Assembly: GCA_963768305.1 (NCBI GenBank)
Contig: CAVYHE010000001.1
Span: 1 to 13,815 of the forward strand
Length of the DNA stretch: 13,815 bases
Source of the DNA: an uncultured bacterium
Lineage (GTDB): Bacteria > Margulisbacteria > WOR-1 > CAVSGV01
Direction of reading: 5' to 3'
Part shown: positions 1 through 11,160 of the stretch, piece after piece
How positions within the stretch are numbered: the first letter of the stretch is position 1
Layout of the letters: the number at the start of each line of letters is the position of its first letter
Translations under genes and position numbers: made by a program
The notes under the pieces: generated by a model
Told to the model about the DNA's origin: nothing
The model's input: only the letters and a program-made list of their open reading frames with translations
Databases searched by the model: none

Positions 1-97
1 AATGGGTCATCGCATTCACCATATTTATATCGACAAATTGCATCAGAAATTTCAGGGAAAAAGGCGATAAGGCGATGAGGAACGTATTATGTGTCGA

Positions 98-466
98 TTA
101 CTTTAGGCTGCTCAAGAGCGTGACCGCCGATTGAGCGATCAATCCGCCAACGCCATCAGCAACGACATCGATGAGCGTTGCGGTGCGCGTTGATATGAAT
201 ATCTGATGGAACTCATCCGTAAGGCCATACAACACCGTGATCATCAAAGCAAGCGCAAAGGCAGATAGGGAATCATAAGCAGTGGTCATTATAGCGGCAT
301 ACCAGACAAGAAGAAATAGGATGCCGTACTCGATCATATGGCTGACTTTAAGACCTGCAATTATAGGGAACCATCTTGCTTCTTCAGGCGCGGGATGGGA
401 GGATAAATAGAAAATGAGCGCCATATAAAGGATCGCGGGGATCCAAGAGCTATATTTTGACATCAT
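98..466 (-). CDS. VanZ family membrane protein
   Basis: 122-aa hydrophobic ORF with VanZ-like motifs (IFYLSS, KVSHMIEYGIL, YGLTDEFHQIFISTRTATLIDVVAD). Overlaps the GerMN stop by 17 nt; the start could be 466 or 463. Confidence 0.88.
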   Translation of the reverse strand: MMSKYSSWIPAILYMALIFYLSSHPAPEEARWFPIIAGLKVSHMIEYGILFLLVWYAAIMTTAYDSLSAFALALMITVLYGLTDEFHQIFISTRTATLIDVVADGVGGLIAQSAVTLLSSLK

Positions 467-932
467 CCTTTTCCAATGGATGATCTATGACATAACCTTT
501 TTCGCTTTCGCCAAGATTGAACTGGTCTTTTCCGCCCAGCTCTAACATCACTTTCTTGACCCCTCTTACACTTGTCGCTGTGTGAACTATCTGGCCAACA
601 ATTCTTTCGGCATTCTCCCTGCCGCCTTTAAAATTGGTGACCTGAGAATTTAGGTCAATTATCGCGGTATCTCCTTCAACTTCGACGTTCCTTGCTCTTG
701 TCCCTTCAGGAATCACCGTGACAAAACCATTCGCTTTTTCCTGCTCACTGGGTCCACGCATAAGCTGATCTATCGCTATCGCGACCGGGCTTTCATTTGT
801 GGGAAGCTCTCTTTCGACCGGAGTAAGTTTCGCGTTCTGGAAAAAATATACCTTGACCACTTTGCTGGGGACCGAGCATCCGCAAAAAATGGACAAGGCC
901 AATACCGCAATTGTCAGTTTAACGAATTTCAT
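450..932 (-). CDS. GerMN-domain protein, probable lipoprotein
   Basis: Signal peptide ending in a lipobox-like IFCG-C. GerMN-like motifs VKVYF, LTPVER, LMRGPS..EK, TVIPEGT, IVHTATSVRGVKKV. ATGA overlap with the gyrA stop. Confidence 0.8.
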   Translation of the reverse strand: MKFVKLTIAVLALSIFCGCSVPSKVVKVYFFQNAKLTPVERELPTNESPVAIAIDQLMRGPSEQEKANGFVTVIPEGTRARNVEVEGDTAIIDLNSQVTNFKGGRENAERIVGQIVHTATSVRGVKKVMLELGGKDQFNLGESEKGYVIDHPLEKDDVKI

Positions 933-3474
933 TCAGGCTGCTCCTCCCCTTTTACCATCCTGGCAACGTCTACAATGTAATCATCCTTATCAAGGCGTTG
1001 GATCCTCACGCCCATCGCATACCTTCCCTGCCTGGATATCCCTTTTGCTTTCTGTCTGCTTATGGTTCCTTTCGCCGTAACGAACAAAAGTTCGTCGTCC
1101 TCTTCGATAAGACGCGCTCTGGCCACTAAGTCGCCCTTCCTTACTTTCATTGCCGTCAGGCCTTTCCCTCCTCTGCCTTGTGTTCTGAATTCGTTGATAT
1201 CCATGCGTTTGCCATAGCCGCCCTGGCTCACTTCCAGGAGATCCATATTCTTGGCGACTATGTCCATTGAAACCACAGCATCGCCTTTTCGAAGCGTGAT
1301 GCCTTTAACCCCGGCTGCCGTCCTTCCCATAGGCCTTACACCGCCTTCCTTGAACCTGATAAGAAGTCCGTTCATTGTGGAGATTATTATTTCCTGTTTT
1401 CCATCCGTTTCCTTGACCCAGCCGAGCTCATCATCATCTTTAAGCCCTATAGCTATTATTCCGGTCCTCCGGATATTTTCAAATTCATCCAGCGATACCT
1501 TTTTCACTTTTCCCGTCTTTGTCGCCATGACCAGAAATTGATTTTTATTGAACGTTTTCACGGGGATGGCGGCAGTGACCTGCTCTTCCTTTCCTACTTC
1601 AAGCAGATTTTCCACTGCCTGGCCTTTCGCTGCCCTTCCTGCTTCGGGGATCTCATAAACGCGTTTCTTGTATACCTTCCCCTTGTTCGTAAAGAAAAGA
1701 ATATAATTGAGGGTTGAGCCGACTATGATCTTGTCGATCTCGTCCTCTTCTCTCGTCCCCATTCCGGAGACTCCCCTGCCGCCCCTCAGCTGGGACCTGA
1801 AAACGGAGACCGGCATTCGCTTAATGTACCCGTCCCTGGTGATAAGCATCGCGACTTCGATGTCGGGAATAAGGGCTTCTTCTTCTATGTCCTCGGCTGC
1901 TCCGGCAAGCGAAGTGCGCCTCTCATCGCCGTATTTTGCTTTCATCTCAAGCAGCTCTTTCTTGATAACTCCGAGTATCTTTTTTCTGCTCGCGAGAAGC
2001 TCTTTCAGTTCGGTGATCAGTTTTTTCAGTCTCAGGTATTCTTCCTCGATCTTTTCTCTTTCAAGCCCTGTCAGCCTCTGCAGTTTCATGTCCAGGATCG
2101 CCTGAGCCTGGACCTTTGTCAGCTTGAATTTCGACATCAACCCTTCGCGGGCCTCGTCAACGGTCTTTGATTTCTTTATCAGCGCTATCACCGCGTCAAG
2201 GTTCTTTAGCGCTATCCTTAATCCTTCGAGTATGTGCGCCTGGTCTTCCGCGACTTTAAGGTCGAACTTTGTCCTCCTTGTAACGATCTCTTCCCTGTGT
2301 TTGACATATTCGACTATCATGTCCTTGATGGTCAACACTTTAGGCTCGCCGTTAACAAGCGCCAGAAGGTTCACGCCAAACGTCGTTTGCATGTCCGTAT
2401 GTTTAAATAATTGATTCAGGACTACATCTTTATTCGCTCCGTGCTTAAGTTCTATAAAAACCCTCATCCCGTCTCGGTCGGATTCGTCCCTCAGGTCGGA
2501 AATGCCGATGATCTGTTTTTCTTTAACGCAGTCCGCGATCTTTTCAACAAGCATGGATTTGTTGACCATGTAAGGGAGTTCTTTAATGATGATGACTTCT
2601 TTGCCTGTCCTTGTTTTTTCCATTTCGGTCCTGGCGCTGACAGTCAGCAATCCCCTGCCCGTGTTATACGCGTCAGTTATTCCCGTATGCCCGCAAATGA
2701 TGCCGCCGGTCGGGAAATCCGGCCCTTTAATGGATTTATTAAGTCTCCTGGATGCTGATCTCGTTGTTGTCTATATACGCGACTGTCCCGTCCACAACTT
2801 CCGAGAGATTGTGCGGCGGGATGTTCGTCGCCATGCCGACCGCTATGCCGGATGATCCGTTAATGATAAGGTTGGGGATCTTTGACGGAAGGACGGAAGG
2901 TTCCTTCAATGATTCATCGAAGTTCGGGAACGAAATTGACCGTGTCTTTCTCAATGTCCGCAAGCATTTCCGCGGCTGCGTGGGTGAGGCGAGCTTCGGT
3001 ATAACGCATCGCCGCCGGAGAGTCGCCGTCGACCGACCCGAAGTTTCCCTGGCCGTCGACCAGCAGATATCTGAGTGAAAAGTCCTGCGCCATCCTGACC
3101 ATGGAATCGTAAACCGCCATATCCCCGTGAGGATGGTATTTGCCCAGGACTTCTCCGACTATCCTGGCGGATTTTTTATAAGGCTTGCCGGGGCGCAGCC
3201 CCAGCTCGTCCATCGCGAAAAGTATCCTTCTATGGACCGGCTTTAACCCGTCGCGGACGTCCGGAAGGGCCCTTCCTACGATAACGCTCATCGCGTAATC
3301 GATGTAGGACGAACTCATTTCATTTTCGATGTTCGTTGAAACTATTCTGGGCCCTTTAGAAGCAATGGACGGCTGCTGCGGCTCGTCGCCTTTGCCTTGA
3401 TCGCCCTTTTTCGGAGCTTTGGATGGTTTTTCCTGTTTTACTGGTTTCCTGCTTTTCTTTTCTTTTTTCGGCAT
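929..3474 (-). CDS. gyrA: DNA gyrase subunit A, interrupted by two +1 frameshifts (~2926-2928 and ~2744)
   Basis: Three frame segments carry contiguous GyrA motifs: [22 protein letters not shown] and [10 protein letters not shown]; then [10 protein letters not shown] and [18 protein letters not shown]; then KGPDFPTGG and the GyrA-box QLRGGRG. Removing two bases gives an 847-aa protein. Confidence 0.96.
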
Positions 3475-3499
3475 ATCCCTTTTCTTTTCTTCCTTCTTT

Positions 3500-3543
3500 C
3501 CTCTTCGAATTCGAGCTGAAATTCAATTCGCTTTGTTCAGGGT
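3500..3543. repeat. Nested REP-like palindrome in the gyrB-gyrA spacer
   Basis: CCTCTTCGA [ATTCGAGCTGAAATTCAATTCG] CTTTGTTCAGGGT. The inner imperfect hairpin is CGAGCTGA/TCAATTCG; the outer frame resembles CCCTTCGA...TCAGGG at 11866-11908. Confidence 0.5.
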
Positions 3544-3549
3544 CCGGCA

Positions 3550-6109
<2,560 letters not shown>

Positions 6110-6117
6110 GGTGTCCT

Positions 6118-7185
6118 TTACTTTATCGTCCCGCCGACAACCTCATAAAATCTCGCGTTGGGACTGAATTCTTTCTTAAGTGGGCTTAAGTCCGTCACTG
6201 TTATCAGGCATTGTGTTTTATCTCCCGTGACATCGAGAAGTGCCCTGCTTCGCTTCAGGTCCAGCATCGCAAATACATCGTCCAGAAGAAGGATCGGCGT
6301 CTCTCCCGTGACGGAGCTGATAAATTCAACTTCGGCAAGTTTAAGCGCCAGCACTATCGTCTTTTTTTCTCCGGAAGAAGCGAAATGTCTTGCATCAACA
6401 CCCGAAAGCAAAAGCTTGAAATCATCCCTGTGCGGGCCGACGGATGTTATGCCCCTTGCCATGTCCATGTAAGTCGCTTTTATCAGCTTATCTTTCAGTT
6501 TGTCCGGGTCCGCATCTCCCGACGGAAGGTATATTATTTCGAGCTTCTCTTCGTTCCCGGCGAGGGACTTGAATATCCTGTCCGCCGGAGGAGATATCTC
6601 TTCGATAACTTTTGCCCTGACCCGCGTGAGCCATGCGCCTATGTTCGCCAATTGATCGTCCCAAACCTTGGCTTCCTCTGTCGAGCGGTCGAAAAGAGCG
6701 CTGTTCCTCTGTTTCAGGATCTTATAATAATCCCGCAGGTTGTGTGCGTAGTTCTTGCTTGACTGCGAGATCGCGATGTCAAGATATTTTCGCCTCACCT
6801 GCGGAGCTCCTCCGACTATCGCAAGGTCCTCGGAGTGGAACATAACGGAATGCAGGCTGCCTATCAGGTCGATGGATTTCTTGTTGTTCTCTCCGTTGAT
6901 TTCATACTTCTTTCCCGTTTTGGTCACCTTAATGGCAACGGTTATGTCACCTGCCTGTCCGCCGCCCTCGCCCCTGACATAAGCTTCTTCTTTGCCCCAG
7001 CTTATGACATGATGCATTTCCGACGTCCTGTAAGACCTTCCCACGGAAAGCAGGAATATCGCCTCTATGAGGTTTGTTTTTCCCTCCCCTACCCCGCCGT
7101 AAAATACGGATGTTCCGCCGGTAAGGGCGATCTCGTTCTGCGCAAAGTTGCGGAAATTATTAAGCTTAAGGTTGTTTAAGCGCAT
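6118..7185 (-). CDS. recF: DNA replication/repair protein RecF
   Basis: LNNFRN, Walker A GGVGEGKTN, GPHRDD, S-S-G-E signature, ILLLDDVFAMLD; synteny after dnaN. Confidence 0.96.
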   Translation of the reverse strand: MRLNNLKLNNFRNFAQNEIALTGGTSVFYGGVGEGKTNLIEAIFLLSVGRSYRTSEMHHVISWGKEEAYVRGEGGGQAGDITVAIKVTKTGKKYEINGENNKKSIDLIGSLHSVMFHSEDLAIVGGAPQVRRKYLDIAISQSSKNYAHNLRDYYKILKQRNSALFDRSTEEAKVWDDQLANIGAWLTRVRAKVIEEISPPADRIFKSLAGNEEKLEIIYLPSGDADPDKLKDKLIKATYMDMARGITSVGPHRDDFKLLLSGVDARHFASSGEKKTIVLALKLAEVEFISSVTGETPILLLDDVFAMLDLKRSRALLDVTGDKTQCLITVTDLSPLKKEFSPNARFYEVVGGTIK

Positions 7186-7194
7186 TCGTTTTGT

Positions 7195-8337
7195 CTAGGT
7201 GGAGGTCTCTGCGACCCTGATCGGCATTATTATGTAGGTGTAATCGTCTCCGCCGATCGGCCGCAGAAGCCCCGGGCTGAGAGGCCCGGACAGTTCAAGC
7301 GAAACCTTGTCTTCTTTAATGACCTTCAGCGCGTCGATTATAAGCCTGACATTGAACGCGACCGTGGCCCTTTCTCCGCCTTTTATGTCGGCCTCGATTA
7401 TCTCGTTGATGTTCCCAACGTCAGGGGCGCTGGCAATGACGTGCAGCTTTCCGCTTTTTACTTCGAGTTTTATGATGTTGGCGCTGCTGCCGGCGATGAC
7501 CGCGGCGCGCTCTATCGCGGAAAGGAATGTCTTGTTATTCATGCTTATCTTGGTCTCGCTGCTTTTGGGGATGACCTGTCTGTAATCCGGGAACTGCCCT
7601 TGGATAAGCCTGGAAACGATGAGCGTGTCCTTGAATTTAAAAGAAATATGGTCAGCGCCATGGATTATTTCCACCTCTCCGGACGGGTCGGACTGGATCG
7701 CACGGCTGACTTCCGACAGGGCTTTTGCCGGAACGATGACGCATGATTCAAAAGAGATCCCGGTTGCGGTTTTTCCGGCTCTCTTTGAAAGCCTGTAGCC
7801 GTCCGTTGACACCATTCTTATGTTCGATGCGTCGCCAGAAACCTGGGATTTTCCGAATTCCATAAGTACGCCGCTCAGAACATACTTGTCCTCGCTCAGT
7901 GAAACAGAAAATGCCGTCTGTTCCACCATGTCAGAGAATAAATTGGCGTCAATGGATAATGTTTTCCCCTCCTTAACTTTAGGGAGCGACGGGAATTCAT
8001 CGGGAGAAAGCCCGTTTATATTGAAATTAGACTGTTTAAATGATATTTTGACCAGGCCCATGTCAAGTGTTTTTACGGCGATCTCTGTGTCCGGAAGTTT
8101 TGAAACAATGCCGGAGAATATTTTTGCGGGAACAAGAACAGCGCCTTCTTCATCTATTTCCGCCTTTATGATGACTTCCATGCCTATCTCCAGGTTGTTG
8201 GCGGATAACTTTAATTTCGATTTACCTGCCTCAAGGAGTATGTTGCCGATAATCGGCAAGGTGCTTCTAGTGGAAACTATTCTTTCAACGCTCTGGACAC
8301 CCTGATATAAATTGGATCTCTCGCATTTAAATTCCAT
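7195..8337 (-). CDS. dnaN: DNA polymerase III beta sliding clamp
   Basis: TLPIIGNILL, VSTDGYRLS, SRLIQGQFPDYRQVIP, YIIMPIR; SD GGAGG upstream. Confidence 0.98.
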   Translation of the reverse strand: MEFKCERSNLYQGVQSVERIVSTRSTLPIIGNILLEAGKSKLKLSANNLEIGMEVIIKAEIDEEGAVLVPAKIFSGIVSKLPDTEIAVKTLDMGLVKISFKQSNFNINGLSPDEFPSLPKVKEGKTLSIDANLFSDMVEQTAFSVSLSEDKYVLSGVLMEFGKSQVSGDASNIRMVSTDGYRLSKRAGKTATGISFESCVIVPAKALSEVSRAIQSDPSGEVEIIHGADHISFKFKDTLIVSRLIQGQFPDYRQVIPKSSETKISMNNKTFLSAIERAAVIAGSSANIIKLEVKSGKLHVIASAPDVGNINEIIEADIKGGERATVAFNVRLIIDALKVIKEDKVSLELSGPLSPGLLRPIGGDDYTYIIMPIRVAETST

Positions 8338-8354
8338 ATTCCTCCCCCGTTTCT

Positions 8355-8617
8355 ATAGTATTAAAATAATTATCAACAATACAACAACTTATATAACATA
8401 TTACTATTATTATTATAATTAATATATATTAAATACAGTAGTAATAGTATGGATCTAGCATGTTGATAATCCATCAAATTCCTTTTCCTGCCAAGAGAAA
8501 TCTTATCAAATTTTTCCACACTTGTCTGTATGATTTTTTGTTGAAAGTTATAATTCCCTAGTTACTTTTGCTATCAACAAGATATCAAACAGTTATCAAC
8601 CTGCCGATTGTTAACAA
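8355..8617. promoter_or_regulatory. oriC, dnaA-dnaN subregion: DnaA boxes plus AT-rich DUE with DnaA-trio-like tract
   Basis: TTATCAACA at 8370-8378, TGTTGATAA at 8461-8469, TTTTCCACA at 8512-8520, TGTTGAAAG at 8539-8547, CTATCAACA at 8571-8579, TTATCAACC at 8593-8601. Almost pure A/T from ~8389 to 8450. The minus strand reads box-TGCTAGATCCA-TACTATTACTACT-AT cluster, like the Bacillus subtilis origin. Confidence 0.9.
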
Positions 8618-8620
8618 TAT

Positions 8621-9982
8621 TCAACTTTTTGTCGGCATGTATTTTTTTATGTTATCAGAGATCGTTTTTATCGCTTCTTCCAGCTCCGGATCGTCTTTCA
8701 GCCCTTCTGTTATCTTGTTATTCGCATGCATGACGGTCGTATGATCGCGTCCGCCGAATTCCTTCCCTATCTTCGGCAGAGAAGCATCCGTCATCTTCCT
8801 GGAAAGGTACATGGCCACCTGCCTTGCAAGGGCGATATCTTTTGTCCTGGTTTTTGCCGTCATATCCTCAATTTTAAGGTTATAATATTCAGCCGTTACT
8901 TTCTTGATAAGGTCCACATCCACATAGGTCCTTTCTTTGGAAGGCGAAAGGATATCTTTTAATATGCTTTCCACCATCGGGAGCGTAACTTCTTCCCCCG
9001 TTAATGAAGCGTAAGCGATGACTTTGATCAGCGCGCCCTCCAGTTCTCTGATGTTCGACACCATTTTTGTTGCTATCAGCGTCAGCACGTCCTGCGGGAC
9101 CGGCAGCTCCTCCAGGCCGGCTTTTCTTTGGAGAATTGCTATCCTTGTTTCCAGGTCCGGCGGCTGGATGTCCGCAATAAGGCCCCATTCAAACCTGGAC
9201 CTCAACCGCTCTTCAAGTGTCGGGATCTCTTTCGGCGGCCTGTCACTGGATATGACGATCTGCTTGCTGGAACCATGCAACGTGTTGAAAGTGTGAAAGA
9301 ATTCTTCTTTTGTGCGGTCCTTCCCTGCCAGAAACTGGATGTCGTCTATCATCAGCACGTCTATGGACCTGTATTTTGTCCTGAAGGCTTCCATCGTGTT
9401 GGCGGAGATCGAGTTTATCATGTCATTCGTGAATTTTTCCGATGTCACGTACATGATCTTTGCCGAACGGTGGGTTTTTAACACGTGGTGTGCTATCGCC
9501 TGCATTAAATGTGTCTTGCCCAGCCCCACGCCGCCGTGAATGAACAGCGGGTTGTATGCTTTCGCCGGGGCTTCTGCCACCGCCATGGCTGCTGCATGAG
9601 CGAACCTGTTGCCATGTCCTACGACAAAAGTTTCGAAAGTGTATTTTGGATTAAGAAATACATTTCCGGCATTGACCGGAGGGACCGGCGGCAGCGCTAT
9701 CTGATATCCGGAATTTTCCAGCGGAGGCGTGACGAAAAGCTCTTTCGGCCCGACAACGAATTCGATCTCTGTCACTCCACTTTTTATTAAAAGCTCTCTT
9801 ATTGCCCTGGATGCGCTTTCCGCCAGCCAATCTTTGAGCACTTCATTTGGAACGGCCACTGTAATTTTGCCGTTGATAAGTGACATTGGTTTTGCCGAGG
9901 AAAGCAGTGCGCCATAAATCGGTTTACTGACATTCTTTTCAATCGACATCAAGAGATCGTTCCAAACGGTGTTCATTTCCAT
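8621..9982 (-). CDS. dnaA: Chromosomal replication initiator DnaA
   Basis: LNPKYTFETFVVG, YNPLFIHGGVGLGKTHL, LMIDDIQF, RLRSRFEWGL, NIRELEGAL, FGGRDHTTVMHA. Confidence 0.99.
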   Translation of the reverse strand: MEMNTVWNDLLMSIEKNVSKPIYGALLSSAKPMSLINGKITVAVPNEVLKDWLAESASRAIRELLIKSGVTEIEFVVGPKELFVTPPLENSGYQIALPPVPPVNAGNVFLNPKYTFETFVVGHGNRFAHAAAMAVAEAPAKAYNPLFIHGGVGLGKTHLMQAIAHHVLKTHRSAKIMYVTSEKFTNDMINSISANTMEAFRTKYRSIDVLMIDDIQFLAGKDRTKEEFFHTFNTLHGSSKQIVISSDRPPKEIPTLEERLRSRFEWGLIADIQPPDLETRIAILQRKAGLEELPVPQDVLTLIATKMVSNIRELEGALIKVIAYASLTGEEVTLPMVESILKDILSPSKERTYVDVDLIKKVTAEYYNLKIEDMTAKTRTKDIALARQVAMYLSRKMTDASLPKIGKEFGGRDHTTVMHANNKITEGLKDDPELEEAIKTISDNIKKYMPTKS

Positions 9983-10009
9983 GGGCTCAGCTCTTACCTT
10001 TCTGCGCAG

Positions 10010-10208
10010 TTATACACAGCTCTTTTGTGAATTTATTAATCAATATCAAATATTTGCCGCCATATCAAGAAATAACCAACCCTCAAGACTTATCCACATT
10101 TTTGGGTTTTGTGTATAAGTCTACCTACAACAAGCCTCATAAAGTACACATCAACCCAAATTAATATGGAAAGCAATCAAAATTGATTTTATCAAAGCCT
10201 GTGGATAA
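10010..10208. promoter_or_regulatory. DnaA-box cluster upstream of dnaA (oriC subregion / dnaA autoregulation)
   Basis: Four perfect TTWTNCACA boxes: TTATACACA at 10010-10018, TTATCCACA at 10090-10098, TGTGTATAA at 10110-10118, TGTGGATAA at 10200-10208. Confidence 0.92.
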
Positions 10209-10247
10209 TTGCAACTGGTATTTCGGCCTTCGGGCAGAACGATTCCA

Positions 10248-10339
10248 TGTTACCTTGAACCCTGGCCTGCCGCCAGGGCAGGCTTATTTCAGGGTCTGTT
10301 TTGAATGAAAGCAGAGGCCGAATCGGCCTCGGCATGACA
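10248..10339. repeat. REP-like double-hairpin element with nested insert
   Basis: Termini TGTTA...TGACA. Hairpin ACCTTGAA/TTCAGGGT encloses CCCTGGC-CTGCC-GCCAGGG-CAGG; a second palindrome GAGGCCGA-A-TCGGCCTC follows. GC-rich patch in an AT-rich spacer. Confidence 0.65.
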
Positions 10340-10401
10340 CATAATGAATCTTGGAAAGACGTTCCCGTGCCAAACTGATTTTATTTATATGGAGTTATTC
10401 G

Positions 10402-10430
10402 TTGACAATGTTCGCCGGATAAAATATAAT
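10402..10430 (+). promoter_or_regulatory. Sigma70/SigA promoter of the rpmH operon
   Basis: TTGACA (10402-10407), 17-bp spacer, TATAAT (10425-10430): a perfect consensus. SD GGAGG at 10447-10451. Confidence 0.93.
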
Positions 10431-10458
10431 CATCGGACGTTTGACTGGAGGAGAATAA

Positions 10459-10581
10459 ATGACAAAGCGTACTTTTCAGCCTTCTAATTGCAGAAAAAAT
10501 CGCAGGCACGGTTACAGGGCCAGATTAAAAAGAACCCTTCAAAGAAGAATGCGCAAGGGAAGAAAAAGACTGGTCCCGTAA
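10459..10581 (+). CDS. rpmH: 50S ribosomal protein L34 (40 aa; not in the ORF track)
   Basis: Hand translation gives MTKRTFQPSNCRKNRRHGYRARLKRTLQRRMRKGRKRLVP. It has an SD and directly abuts the rnpA ATG. Confidence 0.95.
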   Translation: MTKRTFQPSNCRKNRRHGYRARLKRTLQRRMRKGRKRLVP

Positions 10582-10914
10582 ATGCGATTTATCAGCCTGA
10601 AAAACACCGCTGATTTCGAACGCGTTTTCAATAATGGCGTCAGAATTCATGGTAGACGCATGACATTGATAGTATCTAAGAGCGTGACCTATTACAAGGT
10701 TGGATTTGCTACCAGTAAAAAACTTGGCGGAGCTGTTACAAGGAACAGGGTTAAACGAAGGCTGCGGGAAGCTTTTCGGGCGATTTTAAAGAAATTGAAA
10801 GTGCCGGCGGAAATAGTTTGTCTTCCGAAGGGTGCGATCAGAGAGGCGCATTATAATGATATTGTTTCTGAACTTGCTGCATTGGCCAGCAAGGCAGGGC
10901 TAATGCAATGTTAA
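10582..10914 (+). CDS. rnpA: Ribonuclease P protein component
   Basis: LKNTADFERVF, VGFATSKKLGGAVTRNRVKRRLRE (RNR motif). Confidence 0.96.
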   Translation: MRFISLKNTADFERVFNNGVRIHGRRMTLIVSKSVTYYKVGFATSKKLGGAVTRNRVKRRLREAFRAILKKLKVPAEIVCLPKGAIREAHYNDIVSELAALASKAGLMQC

Positions 10915-10942
10915 TCATCTTATACAACCCAAAAGGTGGTAA

Positions 10943-11152
10943 TTGATTAAAAATGTTCTGATTTTTGGCATTAGAACTTATAAAAAGCTCCTTTCCCCTT
11001 TTTTTCCTGGCGCATGCAGGCATTATCCGTGCTGCTCCAGCTATTCAATTGATGCGATCGATAAATATGGTCCAATTATTGGCGTTGGCAAGGCAATTTT
11101 AAGACTCTTAAGGTGCAATCGATTTTTTAAGGGAGGATATGACCCGGCGTAA
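10943..11152 (+). CDS. yidD: Membrane protein insertion efficiency factor YidD
   Basis: IRTYKKLLSP, CRHYPCCSSY, RLLRCN, GGYDP. TTG start with AAGGTGGT upstream. Confidence 0.94.
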   Translation: MIKNVLIFGIRTYKKLLSPFFPGACRHYPCCSSYSIDAIDKYGPIIGVGKAILRLLRCNRFFKGGYDPA

Positions 11153-11160
11153 ATGTTTCA

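Noticed and set aside
1..97. Short tandem AAGGCGAT repeat (61-80), ATCGACA/TGTCGAT inverted pair, possible gene start near 22
   Set aside because: Too short and truncated by the window edge to support a call.
2739..2963. 74-aa ORF as an independent gene, or programmed frameshifting in gyrA
   Set aside because: It is the middle segment of GyrA. I see no convincing slippery site or stimulator, and two successive +1 shifts would be needed.
10226..10235. GCC-TTCG-GGC mini hairpin
   Set aside because: Only a 3-bp stem; chance level.
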